Source of the DNA: a virus
Taxonomy: Duplodnaviria; Caudoviricetes
Length of the DNA stretch: 26,415 nucleotides
Reading direction: 5' to 3' (one strand)
IMG/VR virus record: IMGVR_UViG_3300037722_001361
Location: 1 to 26,415 of that record
The notes under the pieces were generated by a model that did no database searches, was not told the DNA's origin, and worked only from the letters and a program-made list of their open reading frames with translations. Both the position numbers and the translations under genes were made by a program. Position 1 is the first letter of the stretch. The number at the start of each line of letters is the position of its first letter. This document shows, one piece after another, positions 24,501 through 26,415 of this stretch.

Positions 24501-26203
24501 GACTCCAAATTACTCAGGCAGCTGAGGATCGTGTTGCAGACTCGCTTAGGCAATCCGATGATCGGTCCTGGCCACTAGCGGTGTCCACTAGCGCGTCGGC
24601 CCTCTGGCGCTTTTGTGCCGAACGCGAAGCCGACTCCGAGGCGCAGCACTCAGCAGCATGTCGCGCGCTCGCACTTCTGCGCTGTCGACAAGCCGAAGTG
24701 GATGCAGCATTGGCGCGCAAAGATGGGGAGGCGGCGCTTGAACTGGGGCGATCACTGGCCCTCGTTTCCTCGTGTAAGTGCTCCTCAAAGGACCTCCTTG
24801 CCCGCAAGGAGCTGCTCACGGAGGCGCAAAGGCTACTGGCGAGGACTGTAGATCTGGCGCCAACGGCTGAGGCTTGGCGCTTGTACCTGCGCGTGCTGGA
24901 TTTGGACGACCCGGACGCGGCTATGAGCGAATGGACATCTGAGGTAATGCGACCCCGAAGACCGATCCCGCCGGCGCTCCGAAGCGCGATCACGACCTAT
25001 CGTGGATGGGGGAAAGCACGTCGCACGGCTCAAGATGGAAGAACGGAGCTATGGTGCTTCCAGCGGGAATGGGAAGCTGCTTGGTCGTTCGAGCAGATAG
25101 CCCTATCGCAGTATGCCGTCGATTGGGAACGGTTGCCTCCTCGCGAGAGGCAAAAGGTTGTGAGGAAATACTACGCAGATCGCCTCAAGCGCTTAGACTG
25201 GCTTAGACGAGAATTCGAGCCCTTCCCTCAGGTTTTTGTCACTTTGGCGTGGACTGAATGCCAGTGTCAGCATCTCTTGGGCTTTCGTGTGAATGGCGGC
25301 TCCGGAACCAGTGATTATACCGCCGTGGCACGCATCTTTGCCGACGCTGACAAGGTGCTGCCAGACAACTGGCATATTGCCGCAGCTAGAGCGCGTTTCT
25401 TGAGGTATGTGTGGAATCACGATGAGGCAATCGCAATGTATAGGAACGCCATTGCGATGGCGCCTCGCGCTGGTGAGCGTCGTAGATTAAGTATCCAATT
25501 CGCAGAGGTGATTTTGACCAAGATCCGGCATTTGGATGATAGCCCCCGATCAGCCGAGGACGTGTCGCTTTTGCGAGAGGCTTGGGATTGCCTTCAGGGC
25601 CTGGAAGCCTTTGTAGGCGACGCTCGAAGCGCGTCGATGTTGCGCGATCGCGTCGCTTTCGAGCTCGGCTACCGGATCGACTGGAACGAACTCGACCACG
25701 CATATGCACTCGTGATGGAGGGAGATGACTACGTGCAATCTGTGGTGAAGAACGGTCCAGCGATACGAAGCCAATCTCCCGAGAGGGCTGAGCGACTGGC
25801 AGAAGCCGTCCAGATGCATTTTACGGATGTTGATATTCTACGCAGTTTCGGCAGCTTGTTGCTGCGCCGGGCGGAGCGATGTGACAATGTCGAGGAATCG
25901 ATGCGCTATGCGAGGATGGCGTATACGTCGTATACAGCTTGCCGCGTACTTGAAGAAGCATGGTGGAAAAAGGACAAAGAGAGGCCCACTACTCGCTTTC
26001 AGCGCGCGCGATGCATCCTAGTAGCTGCCGAACGGTCAAGGCGTGTTTCTCCATTTGAGATCGACCTGGAGGGGAAACCGAATAATCTCCGTTACGCGCA
26101 AAGCCTCTTCAACGGGGTGGCGAACCGGTCCGTCGGCGCCTTCAGTCGGATGGCAAGTTCAATGACCGGCGCGGCCGCCCGGCTCGAAAACGTCCTTACG
26201 TAG
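21548..26203 (+). CDS. Hanks-type Ser/Thr kinase fused to a STAND-like P-loop NTPase and a long helical/TPR-like region (1551 aa)
   Basis: Kinase motifs LGRGSFGVVY, VAIK, HRDLKPSN, DLG, GTLAYMAPE, DIYSFG; NTPase motifs FIGRRAQL, Walker A GPVNSGKS, Walker B LLVFDNAD; ~1000 aa Ala/Leu/Arg-rich helical tail; no clear TM helix. Confidence 0.88.
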   Translation: MSTSDVRLRQQDLTPTGSPISEADSDHRAHRIDCFEIIKELGRGSFGVVYLALEVQPNRQVAIKVPILPRDPIARRELADRFLDEAGKAAAFTHHGIVEIYRVGVTSGSPHWPDGTPFAVMPYLEGGTLQTLLDEYKDRGETLPYRETARILMQVADALHTAHTTGRLIHRDLKPSNILLDSERTPRVADLGLAIHKSQLATGASILAAGTLAYMAPEQLAGSTALDRADIYSFGVILYRMLTGELPFEETPQHLLMVKIMQDNPEPVRQRAPFVPRLLADICEQCLRKDPADRPSTARDLFSSLQKWLADDAIRPEPSGLFVPNWTLAQTPPKQLLWRGNFIGRRAQLADLQARLGPNHIVPIVGPVNSGKSALIAKFFSEPERPTEVAARFIVSSSYPIGLGYIDLAAHSPRSSPVLRGLCVMLGAKLGSMQLLDDPERVDERCQAYLFDELIPERFASLVPLLVFDNADAVLAHPAHRGDLDRVLKLSHFEAGGAIVAIASGSVPDGAGKRRIQAPIVLDAYLTSDEWIEAKALFVDAGADEQVVSEGIAMLGGELALFTPGDVIEAIRTTQRKSESQQFGASDVISALWAASSISKQVSDHLERIGLPQGAVELAELSQRGWLLVLAILARETQLRQSINDVLQPELASLLISNEVLVANSDGTLLLSQTIANVLRLELIGRLAGQQGTVLERLLADGVDRLLLIASRGANSESGPMVGVEEAVAWLERAAPGAVVLRDRLIGFLAIEAVDDVIYPVARDDAVGFAQRSVPISSGDVLQPLLGQLAVATRFEQDTTAMFALLSSAIRVADNADSLSSTEVRLLDIAGYVTARRYRRFSEIVGVREMLVPRLRELLIDETCDDVGLVKWSASWFLNCAWLCVAIGQFPQGRDYLHFAKQAIHQLPSASSLHSMLDSMWLRARCATIEARLAAGSADRRAALRAAADATADGLTTSNGHPTWVRRHLSSVRRLLDEVGERHNRLQITQAAEDRVADSLRQSDDRSWPLAVSTSASALWRFCAEREADSEAQHSAACRALALLRCRQAEVDAALARKDGEAALELGRSLALVSSCKCSSKDLLARKELLTEAQRLLARTVDLAPTAEAWRLYLRVLDLDDPDAAMSEWTSEVMRPRRPIPPALRSAITTYRGWGKARRTAQDGRTELWCFQREWEAAWSFEQIALSQYAVDWERLPPRERQKVVRKYYADRLKRLDWLRREFEPFPQVFVTLAWTECQCQHLLGFRVNGGSGTSDYTAVARIFADADKVLPDNWHIAAARARFLRYVWNHDEAIAMYRNAIAMAPRAGERRRLSIQFAEVILTKIRHLDDSPRSAEDVSLLREAWDCLQGLEAFVGDARSASMLRDRVAFELGYRIDWNELDHAYALVMEGDDYVQSVVKNGPAIRSQSPERAERLAEAVQMHFTDVDILRSFGSLLLRRAERCDNVEESMRYARMAYTSYTACRVLEEAWWKKDKERPTTRFQRARCILVAAERSRRVSPFEIDLEGKPNNLRYAQSLFNGVANRSVGAFSRMASSMTGAAARLENVLT

Positions 26204-26415
26204 CCCGATGCGCGGTGCTAAGACGTCCTGCCCGCCGGCGCTCACCTCCGACGGCCACCCGCAAACTGTGCTTGAAGCGCCGGTCATAAACAGCGGCGGT
26301 TACCAGCTACTCGAAGAACTCTAGCAACGCATCTGGAGGGATTTTGCTCAACCTGATGTTCCCAGATGCGCACGACTTTCCACCCGAGGCGACGAAGACG
26401 CCGCATGTTCTTTCG

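Noticed and set aside
19560-26203. Type III CBASS operon
   Set aside because: No CD-NTase, Trip13/Cap6 AAA+ ATPase or NucC-type effector visible; the only P-loop is STAND-like inside the kinase.

Overview
High-GC window, probably from a Planctomycete (inferred from the ECF sigma/Ser-Thr kinase pair and gene style). Bases 1-~18,900 are the packaging, head and tail region of a lambda-like siphovirus prophage: terminase, gpW-like adaptor, portal, S49 protease with nested scaffold, decoration protein, major capsid, head-tail connectors, tail tube, G/G-T chaperone with a -1 frameshift, tape measure, tail-tip and Cys-rich proteins. Two opposite-strand morons are inserted in it (a DUF4041/T5orf172 protein and a small membrane protein), and a complete type II hammerhead ribozyme lies at the left edge. 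Bases ~18,900-26,200 form a divergent locus. The + strand carries a kinase-associated ECF sigma factor and a 1551-aa soluble Ser/Thr kinase-STAND NTPase-helical repeat (NLR-like) protein. The - strand carries a hairpin-punctuated four-gene cluster: two tiny Zn-finger proteins, a protein that looks like a bacterial HORMA domain fused to a cold-shock domain, and a 2-TM protein with an Arg-rich tail. This locus is the best candidate for an undescribed sensing or defence system. All family calls come from motif recognition by eye; no searches were run.
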